This document shows positions 10,057 through 18,198 of a stretch of 36,908 nucleotides of DNA, piece by piece. Location: positions 1 through 36,908 of the forward strand of contig DAINRP010000002.1 in assembly GCA_036741755.1 (NCBI GenBank), written 5' to 3'. The stretch's first letter is position 1, and each line of letters starts with the position of its first letter. Made by a program: the position numbers and the translations under genes. The notes under the pieces were generated by a model that saw nothing but the letters and a program-made list of their open reading frames with translations, did no database searches and was not told where the DNA came from. The stretch is from Gemmatimonadales bacterium. GTDB lineage: Bacteria > Gemmatimonadota > Gemmatimonadetes > Gemmatimonadales > GWC2-71-9.

Positions 10057-12345
10057 CTACTTCGCCGCCGTGAACAGTTGATCCGCCGACGCACCGATGA
10101 GCTGGGACTCATCGAGCAGCACCGCCGCGACTCGCTCGATCTCCCCCTGCGCCAGCTGCCAGTCCTTCTGCTCGATCGCCTCCCTGACCCCCGGGAGCGT
10201 CTTCACGCCGTAGCCAGTATAGAAGCCCGGCGCATAGATGAGGTGGGTAAACCAGCTCCGCTTCGGCAGCCCCGCATCGCTGGTCAGCCGGCGCTCGCTT
10301 TCCACCAGCCGGCCGTTGAGGCCCTCCGCCGCCGCCCGACCGTAACCAGCGCCTTCTCCGGCACCCGCCGCGGCGAAGGCCGAGTCGTACCGGCTCGCGC
10401 TCAGCTTCAGCGCTTCGAGCGCGTTGTCGATCGGCGCAAAATTCAGGAACGGCGGCGGCGTCTCCCGTGCCGGAGGCGTGGTGGGGTCGCGCACGTTGTT
10501 GGTCGCCGGGAAGACGCCTTCGTCCAGCTCGCGGTTCACCTCGCGCACCGCCTCCTGCCGGTCAGCAAGCAGCTTCTTCACCTCGGTGGCGTACTTGCCG
10601 ATGTTGTCGGCAAGCGCGGTGAAGTCGAGCGGGAGGACCTCCGCGTCCGCGAGCCGCAGGACGGCGGTGCCCACGGTCTGCGCCAGGGCTCGGCCGTACA
10701 CGAAGCTGGTATCGCTGAAGTGGGTGTACCAGTAGAAGTCGTCGTAGATGGAGTGGTAGATCCCGCCGTCATCCTGGCCACCGTACCCCAGGTTCAGTGA
10801 GGCGATGCCGAGATGCTGCAGGAACGGGGTGAAGTCGGACCCTGAGCCCAGCGGCTCGAGCCGCTGGTCGGGACGCTCCCGGGCCTCGGTGCGCTGCTCG
10901 GCGCTGCCCGAGCGGATGGCCTGCAGCTGGCTCCGCTTCCAGACGCTCAGGCCGGTCTCAGGATCCACGATGTCTCGCGCGACACCGTTCATGAAGCGTT
11001 CGAGCGTGTGGGATCCGCCCATCCCGAGAAACCCGCGCCCATTACCGTCGGTGTTGATGTAGACGGCCGCGTGCTGCCGCAGCTCCGTGGCATGAGCCTC
11101 GACCCATTCGGTGGAACCGAGCAGTCCGGGCTCCTCGCCATCCCACGCCGCGTAGATGATCGTGCGCCGGGGCTTCCAGCCCTGTTGCAGCAGCGCGCCT
11201 AACGCGCGGGCCTCTTCCAGCAGGGCGACCTGCCCGGAAATCGGGTCCTCCGCGCCGTTCACCCAGGCGTCGTGGTGATTGCCCCGGACGATCCATTCGT
11301 CAGGCGACTCCGCGCCACGGATGGTCGCGATGACGTCGTAGATCGGCCGGACCTCCCAGTTGAACTTGAGCCGCAGGTGGACCCGCGCGGGGCCGGGGCC
11401 GATCCGGTAGGTGAGCGGGAGGTTGCCGCGCCACTCAGGGGGCGCGACCGGACCCTCGAGGGCGCGCAACAGCGGCTCGGCATCAGCGTAGGAGATCGGC
11501 AGTACCGGGATCTTCGTCAGCGTCGGCGCCTCGGCGATAGGCAGCCGAGTCGCACCGGACGTCGCGCCAACTCCAGGGGTCAGCGGGTCACCCGGGTAGA
11601 GCGGCATGTCGGCGACGCTGCCACGCTGCACGCCGTCCCGCGGACGAAAGGCGCCCTTCGGGAAGACCTCTCCCGGAGCGAAGCCATCGTCCTGGGGATC
11701 GGAATAGATGAGGCAGCCGATGGCCCCGTGTTCCGCGGCCACCTTGGGCTTGATGCCGCGCCACGACCCGCCGTAGCGCGCGATCACGATTGCACCCTTG
11801 ACCGAGACCCCGCGACGCTCGAGCGCCTCGTAGTCCGCGGGTACCCCGCGATTCACGTACACCAGCGGAGCGGTCACGTCGCCGTCGATGGAGTAGGCGT
11901 TGTAGGTCGGCAGCTGTTCGGCGCGCTGCCCCGACGTCGGATCGATCCCGAGGGACGGCTCCTCCAGCTTCGCGACGTACTTCGTCGGTGCAAGGAGTTC
12001 GAGGACCCGCTCACGCGGCGTCGGGAAGAGCACATCGAACTGCTCGATTCGCGCCTCGAGTCCCCATGCCCGGAAGCGGCTCAGGATCCACTCGGCGTTC
12101 GCCTTGCCGTACGGAGAACCGACGTGATGGGGCCGGGCCGAGAGGCGGCGCATACTCTCGCGAAGCGTGTCGGGATCGGGGATGGCGCGAAGCCGTGATT
12201 CCCAGTCCCGCTCAACCTGGGAAGCCGCGACGGAATACCCGGCGAGCGGGACATCCCCGAGCGGCGCAGCGGCGCCCAGCGCCGCCGCCCCGAAGACAAG
12301 CGCGCTATCCCGTGCCCAGTTCGCGATCCGCCGATATTTCCGCAT
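10057..12345 (-). CDS. M28-family metallopeptidase, glutamate carboxypeptidase II/NAALADase-like (PA domain plus transferrin-receptor-like dimerisation domain)
   Basis: Motifs: RGNHHDAW, WDGEEPGLLGSTEW, YINTD, GSGSDFTPF. I place the start at the ATG at 12345 (MRKYRRIANW...) because it has an SD GGAG 7 nt upstream and is followed by a signal peptide. The upstream 82 codons of the track ORF look non-coding. Confidence 0.85.
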   Translation of the reverse strand: MRKYRRIANWARDSALVFGAAALGAAAPLGDVPLAGYSVAASQVERDWESRLRAIPDPDTLRESMRRLSARPHHVGSPYGKANAEWILSRFRAWGLEARIEQFDVLFPTPRERVLELLAPTKYVAKLEEPSLGIDPTSGQRAEQLPTYNAYSIDGDVTAPLVYVNRGVPADYEALERRGVSVKGAIVIARYGGSWRGIKPKVAAEHGAIGCLIYSDPQDDGFAPGEVFPKGAFRPRDGVQRGSVADMPLYPGDPLTPGVGATSGATRLPIAEAPTLTKIPVLPISYADAEPLLRALEGPVAPPEWRGNLPLTYRIGPGPARVHLRLKFNWEVRPIYDVIATIRGAESPDEWIVRGNHHDAWVNGAEDPISGQVALLEEARALGALLQQGWKPRRTIIYAAWDGEEPGLLGSTEWVEAHATELRQHAAVYINTDGNGRGFLGMGGSHTLERFMNGVARDIVDPETGLSVWKRSQLQAIRSGSAEQRTEARERPDQRLEPLGSGSDFTPFLQHLGIASLNLGYGGQDDGGIYHSIYDDFYWYTHFSDTSFVYGRALAQTVGTAVLRLADAEVLPLDFTALADNIGKYATEVKKLLADRQEAVREVNRELDEGVFPATNNVRDPTTPPARETPPPFLNFAPIDNALEALKLSASRYDSAFAAAGAGEGAGYGRAAAEGLNGRLVESERRLTSDAGLPKRSWFTHLIYAPGFYTGYGVKTLPGVREAIEQKDWQLAQGEIERVAAVLLDESQLIGASADQLFTAAK

Positions 12346-12490
12346 GTCGTTGCTCCGGTGCAGGCCAGCCGAGTCGCCCCGCACGCGGGAGTCGTCCGCC
12401 GGCCGGATGTGAAGGTACGCGCTCCAGCGCCTCTGCAAGGTACCGCGACAGACGACCGCCGCCAGAACACCGCGTGATTGCACTGGCGAC

Positions 12491-12519
12491 TCGCCACGTT
12501 TCGCCCTGAGGCGTACACT
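12491..12519 (+). promoter_or_regulatory. Candidate sigma70-type promoter (TCGCCA-17-TACACT) giving a leaderless transcript
   Basis: The -10-like TACACT at 12514-12519 lies exactly 7 nt before the ATG at 12527. There is no SD in between. Confidence 0.3.
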
Positions 12520-12526
12520 TCTTCGC

Positions 12527-13558
12527 ATGACGGATCTGCGCTCCCATCTGCTCGCCGGCCAGGTCATCCCGGCGCATCCGCTTGCTCTCACGGCGGCGAG
12601 AAAGCTCGACGAACGGCACCAGCGCGCGCTGACCCGGTACTATCTCGATGCCGGCGCTGGCGGCATCGCCGTCGGCGTGCATACCACCCAGTTCGCCATC
12701 CGGGACCAGGGACTGTTCGAGCCGGTCCTCGCGCTGGCGGCGGAGACGGTCCGGGAATCGCTGGTGGCGCGCCCGCGTCCGTTCGTCAAAGTCGCGGGCG
12801 CCATCGGCAAGACCGCGCAGGCGCTCAGCGAGGCGGAGACCGCCGCCCGCCTGGGCTATGACGCGGTATTGCTCTCTCTTGCCGGCTGGGGAACCGCGAG
12901 CGACGACGCGATGCTGGCCCACTGCCGGGCAATCGCGGACGTTCTGCCGCTCTTCGGCTTCTACCTGCAACCCGCCGTAGGTGGCCGAGTGCTCGGCTAC
13001 GGATTCTGGCGGCAATTCGCCGGGATCCGAAATGTCGTCGCCATCAAGATCGCGCCCTTCAACCGGTATCAGACCCTCGACGTCATCCGGGCGGTCGCCG
13101 ACGCGGGACGTGACGACCTCGCGCTCTACACCGGCAACGACGACAGCATCGTGGTCGACCTGCTCTCGAGATTTCGCTTCGGGAAGGTGGAGCCGCGAAT
13201 CGTCGGTGGCCTGCTCGGCCAGTGGGCGGTCGGTACCCGGCGCGCGGTCGAACTCCTGCACGCCGTTCGGCGCCTCCCTCCTGAGCAGCCGCTCGACCCC
13301 GCCTGGCTCAGACTCGCCACTGCCCTGACCGACTTCAACGCCGCGCTCTTCGATCCCGCGCACGGCTTCGCCGGCTGCATCGCGGGAATCCACGAGGTCC
13401 TGCACCGGCAGGGATTGCTCGCGGGACCGTGGTGCCTCGATCCCGCCGAGGCGCTTTCCTCCGGTCAGCGCGAGGAGATCGACCGGGTCCTCGCGCAGCA
13501 CCCCGATCTCGGCGACGACGAGTTCATCGCGAAGCATCTGGACGGCTGGCTCGCCTGA
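12527..13558 (+). CDS. Dihydrodipicolinate synthase/N-acetylneuraminate lyase family class I aldolase
   Basis: DapA-family layout with Schiff-base lysine context VVAIKIAPF and an FGFYLQP tyrosine motif. The substrate cannot be assigned from sequence. Confidence 0.75.
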   Translation: MTDLRSHLLAGQVIPAHPLALTAARKLDERHQRALTRYYLDAGAGGIAVGVHTTQFAIRDQGLFEPVLALAAETVRESLVARPRPFVKVAGAIGKTAQALSEAETAARLGYDAVLLSLAGWGTASDDAMLAHCRAIADVLPLFGFYLQPAVGGRVLGYGFWRQFAGIRNVVAIKIAPFNRYQTLDVIRAVADAGRDDLALYTGNDDSIVVDLLSRFRFGKVEPRIVGGLLGQWAVGTRRAVELLHAVRRLPPEQPLDPAWLRLATALTDFNAALFDPAHGFAGCIAGIHEVLHRQGLLAGPWCLDPAEALSSGQREEIDRVLAQHPDLGDDEFIAKHLDGWLA

Positions 13559-13575
13559 GGCCGGGGGCGGGGTGC

Positions 13576-13604
13576 TTGACGAAGAGCTATCGGAGTGATA
13601 TCAT
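13576..13604 (+). promoter_or_regulatory. Sigma70-type promoter TTGACG-17-TATCAT
   Basis: Good -35 and -10 hexamers with 17-nt spacing lie about 60 nt upstream of the SPFH ATG at 13664. This places the track's GTG start (13595) upstream of the likely TSS. Confidence 0.55.
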
Positions 13605-13663
13605 TGCGATACTACTCACCATTCGAGGGTACGGCCGTGATTCGCGAGATCGAGAAGAAGGCA

Positions 13664-14503
13664 ATGTCGGGCGGCGTGATGCTGGTGCTCCTGCTGGTGC
13701 TTACCATCGCAACCATCATGGGGTTGATCAGCGCGGCGCGGGCAGAGGATGTCGTGCGGCTGGTCGGGTTCGCGATCGGCTCGGTGGTGCTGGTCATCCT
13801 GTGGACCGGCCTGTTCACCGTGCAGCCGAACCAGGGCAAGGCGCTCCAGCTCTTTGGCGACTACGCCGGGACCGTGCGTACCGCCGGCTTGTGGTGGGCG
13901 AATCCGTTCTTCACCAAGCGGGCCATCTCGCTCCGGGTCCGGAACTTCGAGACCACCAAACTCAAGGTGAACGATCACAGCTCGAATCCGATCGAGATCG
14001 CCGCCGTGGTCGTGTGGCAGGTGACGGACTCCGCCGAGGCGCTGTTCGAGGTCGACAATTACGAGGATTACGTGAAGGTCCAGAGCGAGTCAGCGCTTCG
14101 TGGCCTGGCCAACCAGTACCCGTATGACGCCCATAAGGACGGGCAGATGTCCCTCTCGGTCAACACGGCCGATGTCGCGGAGAAGCTGAAAGGGGAGATC
14201 CAGGAGCGGCTGCTCAAAGCGGGCGTAAAGATCCTGGAGGCCCGTATCAGCCACCTGGCGTATGCTCCCGAGATTGCGGGCGTGATGCTGCGCCGGCAGC
14301 AGGCCAGCGCGGTCATCGCGGCGCGGCAGATGATCGTCGAGGGCGCGGTGGGCATGGTGGAGATGGCGCTCGCCCTGCTCTCACAGAAGGAGATCGTGCA
14401 TCTCGATGAGGAACGGAAAGCGACCATGGTAAGCAACCTGCTGGTGGTGCTCTGCTCGGAACAGGCTACCCAGCCGGTGGTTAACGCCGGCACGATCTAC
14501 TAG
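13664..14503 (+). CDS. SPFH/band 7 domain protein (stomatin-like membrane protein)
   Basis: The ATG at 13664 is preceded by GAGAAGAAGG. There are two N-terminal TM segments and then an SPFH core ([15 protein letters not shown]..., [13 protein letters not shown]...). Confidence 0.85.
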   Translation: MSGGVMLVLLLVLTIATIMGLISAARAEDVVRLVGFAIGSVVLVILWTGLFTVQPNQGKALQLFGDYAGTVRTAGLWWANPFFTKRAISLRVRNFETTKLKVNDHSSNPIEIAAVVVWQVTDSAEALFEVDNYEDYVKVQSESALRGLANQYPYDAHKDGQMSLSVNTADVAEKLKGEIQERLLKAGVKILEARISHLAYAPEIAGVMLRRQQASAVIAARQMIVEGAVGMVEMALALLSQKEIVHLDEERKATMVSNLLVVLCSEQATQPVVNAGTIY

Positions 14504-14515
14504 GCGAGACCGCCC

Positions 14516-14680
14516 GTGGCCGAGCGGAAGGCATTCCTCCTGCGGATCGATCCGGAGCTCTATGATGCCCTGCAGCAATGGGCTTCGGACGATCTGCGCT
14601 CGCTTAACGGGCAGCTGGAGTACCTGCTGCGCCTGTCGCTGAAGGATGCCGGACGGCTCGGACCGCGAAAGTCCGGCTAG
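14516..14680 (+). CDS. Small ribbon-helix-helix (Arc/CopG-like) protein, 54 aa, absent from the ORF track
   Basis: The GTG at 14516 gives [54 protein letters not shown]. The pattern is beta-strand (LLRIDPELY), then helix, then [11 protein letters not shown] helix, which is the classic RHH signature. Third codon positions are GC-rich, consistent with coding. Confidence 0.6.
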   Translation: MAERKAFLLRIDPELYDALQQWASDDLRSLNGQLEYLLRLSLKDAGRLGPRKSG

Positions 14681-14713
14681 TCCGGCGCCCGATCTCATAG
14701 CTGGAGAGTCCCC

Positions 14714-14935
14714 ATGCCTGCACCAGTCTGTCCCAAGTGCGAAGGTCACTTCGAGGCGGGATTCATGCTCGACCTCGGTGATCACAACTCCCGCAACCAG
14801 ACCACGTGGGTCGAGGGCAAGCCCGAGCGCTCGTTCTGGACCGGGCTCAAACTGAAGGGCCGGGCGCGTCATCCCATCGTCAGCTACCGCTGTGGCCGCT
14901 GCGGCTACCTGGAGGCCTATGCGCCCGCGGAGTGA
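14714..14935 (+). CDS. Small zinc-ribbon protein (CxxC...CxxC), function unknown
   Basis: An SD GGAGAG lies 5 nt before the ATG. The cysteine pairs are CPKC at the N-terminus and CGRC at the C-terminus. Confidence 0.6.
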   Translation: MPAPVCPKCEGHFEAGFMLDLGDHNSRNQTTWVEGKPERSFWTGLKLKGRARHPIVSYRCGRCGYLEAYAPAE

Positions 14936-16538
14936 TCGCAGGACCGGCGCCCGAATCGCGGCGGTCACTCTGCTCCTGGCCAGCCCTGCGATGCTGGCGG
15001 CGCAGGCGCTGGATGCCGGCGTCTATCAGATGCGCCAGGGCAGCGCCGAAGTTGGACGGGAGAGTTTTCGCCGGAGCGCGGCGGGGTTCGACCAGGAGTC
15101 CGTCATCCCCGTGCTGAACCTGCGACTCACCGGCAGCGCCCAACGTACGCCGAACGGCGGCTTCGCGGGATTCACACTGACGGTGAGCAACGCGGCCGGC
15201 GACTCGGCCCGGGGGAGCTATCGGGCGGTACCGGTGGGTGACTCCGTGCGAATCACCAGCCAGCTACGGGGCGCCGCCGTGGAGCGCATGCGAGACACCG
15301 CATTCGATGCCGTGCTGCCTCCGCAATCGGTCGTGACCTTCGCCGAGCTGATCGTGCTCGCCCAGCACCACGACACCACCTTCCGGCTGCTCGTGGCCGG
15401 CCCGGACACGGTGCTGCCGGCGGCGCTGCAGTTCAGAGGCGATTCCGCCCGGATCAGCTTCGCCGGCCTCGAAATGCTGGCACTGGTGGCCGGCGGACGA
15501 GTGACGTCGATCGAAATCCCGGCCCAGCGGGTACGAGTCACCCGTGCGGCGATCCCCGACAGCCTTCCGCCGCTCACCGGCCTCAAGCGGCCACCGGCGG
15601 ACTACAGCGCGCCGGCGGACGCGCCCTACACGGCGGCGGAAGTCCGGGTCCCCGTCGGAGCCGGCGCCGATACGTTTTCGCTCGGCTGCACCCTCACCCT
15701 TCCGCGTGCGGGGCATCGCCCCTTCCCCGCCGCGGTGACGATCACCGGCTCGGGCAGCCAGACCCGCGATGAAGCCCTCTGGCCTCTGCTTCCGGAGTAC
15801 CGGCTGTTCGGGCAACTGGCAGCGCGGCTGGGCGCGGCGGGCATTGCAGTCCTCCGGTGCGACGACCGCGGCACCGGCGCCAGCACCGGGAATGCGGACT
15901 CCGCGACCACCGCGGATCTCGCCGGCGACACACGGTCCCAGCTTGCCTGGCTGCGCGCGCAGCACGGCATCAATCCGGCGAAGATTGCGCTGATCGGGCA
16001 CAGCGAGGGAGGCATCATCGGGCCGCTGCTCACCGCCCAGGATCGCCGCCTCGCGGCGCTGGTCATCATGGCGGGAACGGCGAAGCCTGGCGTGGAGGTG
16101 CTGGTCGATCAGGTCCGCTGGCCGATCCTCACGACTCCCGGGCTGAGCCCGGAAGACCGCAGGGAACGCCTGGCCGAGGTCGAGGCAGCGGTGCGGCGGG
16201 ACTCGCTCCCCGCCAATCCGTGGATGCGCTGGTTCATGCACTACGATCCGCTCCGTGCCGCGCGTCTGGTCCGCCAGCCGACGCTGATCGTGCAGGGCGC
16301 GCTCGACCGGCAGGTGAGCGCGGGTCAGGCGGACAGTCTCGCAATCGCAATCCGGGACGCGGGCAACGGTGATGTCACCACCCGGGTATTCCCCCGGCTC
16401 AACCATCTCTTCCTCGTCTCCGAGACGGATGGATCTCCTTCGGAGTATGCCTCGCTGCGCGATCGGGCGGTCCCCGATGACGTCATGGACACGATCGCGG
16501 TCTGGCTCAGGATCCGGCTGGGGGTGGCGAAGAAGTAG
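14919..16538 (+). CDS. Secreted alpha/beta-hydrolase (serine hydrolase) with an N-terminal domain of unknown function
   Basis: I place the start at the ATG at 14919 (MRPRSDRRTGARIAAVTLLLASPAMLAAQA signal peptide). The nucleophile elbow is GHSEGG, with a C-terminal LNHLF histidine region. It overlaps the preceding ORF by 17 nt. Confidence 0.75.
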   Translation: MRPRSDRRTGARIAAVTLLLASPAMLAAQALDAGVYQMRQGSAEVGRESFRRSAAGFDQESVIPVLNLRLTGSAQRTPNGGFAGFTLTVSNAAGDSARGSYRAVPVGDSVRITSQLRGAAVERMRDTAFDAVLPPQSVVTFAELIVLAQHHDTTFRLLVAGPDTVLPAALQFRGDSARISFAGLEMLALVAGGRVTSIEIPAQRVRVTRAAIPDSLPPLTGLKRPPADYSAPADAPYTAAEVRVPVGAGADTFSLGCTLTLPRAGHRPFPAAVTITGSGSQTRDEALWPLLPEYRLFGQLAARLGAAGIAVLRCDDRGTGASTGNADSATTADLAGDTRSQLAWLRAQHGINPAKIALIGHSEGGIIGPLLTAQDRRLAALVIMAGTAKPGVEVLVDQVRWPILTTPGLSPEDRRERLAEVEAAVRRDSLPANPWMRWFMHYDPLRAARLVRQPTLIVQGALDRQVSAGQADSLAIAIRDAGNGDVTTRVFPRLNHLFLVSETDGSPSEYASLRDRAVPDDVMDTIAVWLRIRLGVAKK

Positions 16539-16562
16539 GGGCGGAGCGCGTTGCTCCGCCCC
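16538..16562 (+). terminator. GC-rich hairpin at the hydrolase stop codon (no U-tract)
   Basis: GGGGCGGAGC-gcgtt-GCTCCGCCCC forms a 10-bp stem. There is no T-run afterwards, so it is a weak terminator call. Confidence 0.35.
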
Positions 16563-16658
16563 TCGCGACTCCTCAATCGCCATGGTCAGCGCACTGCAAA
16601 TCGCCCGGGGAACTGCTTGGCGATCGCGGACGGGGGCGGTTGTTGGAATCGGACAATG

Positions 16659-16674
16659 CTTGACTAATCAAGTA
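16659..16674 (+). promoter_or_regulatory. Putative MarR operator 1 (dyad CTTGA-CTAA-TCAAG; core TGACTAATCAAGTA)
   Basis: This inverted repeat overlaps the -35 of the marR promoter. The 14-nt core recurs at 17217-17230 on the opposite strand with 13/14 identity. Confidence 0.5.
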
Positions 16675-16688
16675 AATCTCGGTACACT
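16660..16688 (+). promoter_or_regulatory. marR promoter TTGACT-17-TACACT, predicted leaderless
   Basis: Near-consensus -35 with 17-nt spacing. The -10 ends 7 nt before the ATG at 16696, and no SD is present. Confidence 0.6.
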
Positions 16689-16695
16689 GTCACCC

Positions 16696-17181
16696 ATGCC
16701 GAACCCGCCAAGCCGGCTGCAACAGGAGATCAAGCAGAGCAAGCCGTTCCGGTCGACAGCTCAGGAGGCCACGCTGGGGCTGCTTCGCACCACGGATCTC
16801 CTGCGGCGCCGGATGGCGGCGCTGATCGAGCCGCACGGCATCACCGGGCAGCAGTACAATGTGCTCCGGATTCTTCGGGGGGCCGGCACTGCCGGGCTCC
16901 CCACCCTCGAGATCGCGGAGCGGATGATCGAGCAGGCGCCCGGCATCACCCGCCTGCTCGACCGCCTCGAGGCGAAACGGCTGGTCCGCCGGGAGCGCTG
17001 TCCCGAGGACCGGCGCCAGGTCACCTGCCGGATCACCGCAAGCGGGCTGACGCTGCTGGGCCGGCTCGATGAAGTGGTCAACAGCACCGATGAGACCCTG
17101 CTGAACGATCTCACCCCAGCCGAGCAGAAGCAGCTGATCCGCCTGCTCGACCGGATCCGGGATCAAACGGACGAGAAGTAG
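16696..17181 (+). CDS. MarR family transcriptional regulator
   Basis: Winged-helix MarR pattern (GITGQQYNVLRILRGAG..., LPTLEIAERM..., APGITRLLDRLEAKRLVRRERCPEDRRQV). The upstream part of the track ORF (16369-16695) overlaps the hydrolase gene and the promoter. Confidence 0.9.
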   Translation: MPNPPSRLQQEIKQSKPFRSTAQEATLGLLRTTDLLRRRMAALIEPHGITGQQYNVLRILRGAGTAGLPTLEIAERMIEQAPGITRLLDRLEAKRLVRRERCPEDRRQVTCRITASGLTLLGRLDEVVNSTDETLLNDLTPAEQKQLIRLLDRIRDQTDEK

Positions 17182-17216
17182 TCGCAGGAACCCGATGGAC
17201 TCGCTGGACGTTGTAA

Positions 17217-17230
17217 TACTTGACTAGTCA
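17217..17230 (-). promoter_or_regulatory. Putative MarR operator 2 (TGACTAGTCAAGTA on the minus strand; contains the perfect palindrome TGACTAGTCA)
   Basis: 13/14 identical to operator 1 in inverted orientation. It lies 40 nt upstream of the snoaL-like ATG and overlaps a TTGACT -35-like hexamer (17220-17225). Confidence 0.5.
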
Positions 17231-17269
17231 CTAATTGATTGCACAACCATATCCAAGAGGAGCTGCCAG

Positions 17270-17647
17270 ATGACCACCACCGCCACCCCCTCCGTCGCCG
17301 CCCTGGACGCCGAGCTCAACCAGACCGTACTCGGCGGCGGGATCCTCGACGCCTTCGACCGCTTCTACGCGGACAACATCGTCATGCAGGAGAACAACAC
17401 CCCCGCCACCGTCGGCAAGGCCGCCAATCGTGAGCGGGAGATCAAGTTCGTCGACAGCATCGAGCAATTCCACAGCGCCGCCGTTCTGAACACCGCCGTC
17501 CACGGCAACGTCAGCTTTTCCGAGTGGGTCATGGACGTGACCTTCAAGGGCGGCGTCCGGGTGAAGCTGGAGCAGGTCTCCGTCCGGAAGTGGCATGACG
17601 GGCAGATCACCCACGAGCGCTTCTACTACAACGCCGGCAACGCCTGA
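17270..17647 (+). CDS. SnoaL-like/NTF2-fold protein
   Basis: Strong SD AAGAGGAG 7 nt before the ATG. At 125 aa it has the NTF2-like pattern (FDRFYADNIVMQEN..., ...RKWHDGQITHERFYY). Confidence 0.65.
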   Translation: MTTTATPSVAALDAELNQTVLGGGILDAFDRFYADNIVMQENNTPATVGKAANREREIKFVDSIEQFHSAAVLNTAVHGNVSFSEWVMDVTFKGGVRVKLEQVSVRKWHDGQITHERFYYNAGNA

Positions 17648-17670
17648 AGTCAGGGCACGGGAGACCTTCC

Positions 17671-18114
17671 ATGTTCACCAAGCTCATCAAGACCAGCGAC
17701 GATCCCGTCGCGCTGCTGCTCCGACTCACCCTCGGCCTCGTCATGTTCGCCCACGGCGCTCAGAAAGCGCTCGGGTGGTTCGGCGGCTACGGATTCGGCG
17801 GCACCATGCAGTTCTTCACCCAGCAGTTGCACGTGCCGGCGCTCTTCGCCTTCCTGGCCATCACCGCGGAATTTGCGGGATCCCTCGGCCTGCTGAGCGG
17901 ATTCCTGACCCGGATCGCCGCCTTCGGGATCCTGTGCAACATGCTGGTCGCCACGTTCATGGTGCACCTCGGGAACGGGTTCTTCATGAACTGGTACGGG
18001 ACCCAGAAGGGCGAGGGATTCGAGTACCAGCTCCTCGCGATCGGCCTGGCGCTGGCGATCATGGTCCGGGGCGGCGGCAAGGCCTCGGTGGACCGGGCTC
18101 TCAGCCCCGCGTAG
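17671..18114 (+). CDS. DoxX family membrane protein
   Basis: LLLRLTLGLVMFAHGAQKALGWFGGYGFGGT... is typical of DoxX, and there are four TM helices. An SD GGGAGA lies 6 nt before the ATG. Confidence 0.9.
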   Translation: MFTKLIKTSDDPVALLLRLTLGLVMFAHGAQKALGWFGGYGFGGTMQFFTQQLHVPALFAFLAITAEFAGSLGLLSGFLTRIAAFGILCNMLVATFMVHLGNGFFMNWYGTQKGEGFEYQLLAIGLALAIMVRGGGKASVDRALSPA

Positions 18115-18138
18115 CGGGTATCGCTGGCCCGAACGACG

Positions 18139-18173
18139 GAGGGGCGACCAGATCGGTCGCCCCTCTGCTCTTT
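18139..18173. terminator. Intrinsic terminator between convergent doxX and speA
   Basis: GAGGGGCGACC-agatc-GGTCGCCCCTC is followed by tgcTCTTT. Confidence 0.7.
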
Positions 18174-18198
18174 GGATGCGGGAGCCGGCCCGCAACCA

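Noticed and set aside
13595-13663. GTG start at 13595 for the SPFH gene
   Set aside because: It overlaps the -10 element of the TTGACG-17-TATCAT promoter, so it is probably not transcribed. The ATG at 13664 has a GA-rich RBS.
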